64,000 bases of DNA from Lytechinus pictus. Its lineage: Eukaryota. Below the pieces are notes generated by a model. The model was not told the DNA's origin. It saw nothing but the letters and a program-made list of their open reading frames with translations, and made no database searches. The stretch lies in NCBI RefSeq assembly GCF_037042905.1, contig NC_087245.1, positions 2,916,001 to 2,980,000 of the forward strand, written 5' to 3'. Positions 63,334-64,000 of this stretch are shown here, piece by piece; position 1 is the stretch's first letter; the number at the start of each line of letters is the position of its first letter. Both the position numbers and the translations under genes were made by a program.

Positions 63334-63472
63334 CAGGGGCCGCGGAACCGGGGGGGGGGGGGGGCTTCAGCCCCCACTTTTTTTCTTAAACCGTGTACAA
63401 AAATGACCATATGATTGTGATTTTTTGCATGGTCAGCCCCCCCCCACTTTGAAAACCACTCCGCGGCCCCTG
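63334..63472. mobile_element. MITE with CAGGG termini and 5-bp TSD
   Basis: TIR CAGGGGCCGCGGA / TCCGCGGCCCCTG; TSD TGGTT (63329-63333, 63473-63477). Confidence 0.8.
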
Positions 63473-63604
63473 TGGTTGTCCACATTTCCTTTTACACATT
63501 TCATTTGAATCCAGTTTGATAAATAATCACAGACTTATCCCCAATAATAATGAATTTTGATCACATAACTGACATTGTAAATATATATATATTTTTCTTT
63601 GTAG

Positions 63605-63803
63605 CTCTTTGTACAGCTTGACTCATGGCAGTACAACCAGAATCAGTCTGAAGAAGGGTTTGTGGAGAAGATATGGAAGGAGACTGCAAGATGGATCAAG
63701 TTTGAGGAAGATTGGGAGGCTGGATCAGAGAGATGGGGTAAACCTCATGTAGCCTCACTTACATTCAATAGCTTGCCACAGCTAAGGAAGGGGCTTGAAA
63801 ATG
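63605..63803 (+). CDS. SLC4A2-like: SLC4 anion exchanger (AE2/AE3-like), first exon of the band-3 cytoplasmic domain
   Basis: WKETARWIKFEED...RWGKPHVASLTF..L..LR; GKPHVASL is the AE-type form rather than the NBC-type SKPHVATL. Acceptor TTTGTAG|, donor ATG|GTAGGT. Confidence 0.93.
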
Positions 63804-64000
63804 GTAGGTGCACACACCTTTGTTCACTTTGGTGTGGTGTGAAAGTGAATGGTGCCATGTTGTTATAGGCTGTTGAATAGACTTTTAAAACCCAACACTA
63901 ACATCTTAGGAAGTTGTGTGTGCAATATGTACTACTGATTGAAACAACATCTCTTGGAAGAAAATTATATATATATCATACGGCTGTACACACTGTTCAA

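Noticed and set aside
1934..63406. Remaining 60-130-aa ORFs in the track
   Set aside because: Low-complexity or hydrophobic translations of AT-rich intron and MITE sequence, without motifs or splice support.

Overview
AT-rich, CpG-depleted animal genomic DNA. The repeat landscape suggests a marine invertebrate deuterostome such as a sea urchin (inference). Most of the window is the 5' part of one + strand, intron-rich SLC4 anion-exchanger (AE2/band-3-like) gene. Six phase-compatible coding exons can be chained (12764-12793, 15642-15876, 32307-33006, 50878-51086, 62802-62887, 63605-63803), and the gene continues past the window. The introns hold many mobile elements: an intact Penelope-like retroelement with a hammerhead ribozyme, a CR1/L2-group LINE fragment, an RTE fragment, tRNA-derived SINEs, a Helentron-type element, a decayed DIRS element and many MITEs. 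The most unusual items are: (1) a 2.9-kb palindromic Tc1 element whose 1.29-kb inverted arms each carry an intact DD34E transposase; (2) a short interspersed insertion with a 7SL/SRP Alu-domain head; (3) strong enrichment of TACATGTA and TAGGCCTA plus tiny P-type palindromes that look like transposon excision scars. All coordinates and counts were read by eye.
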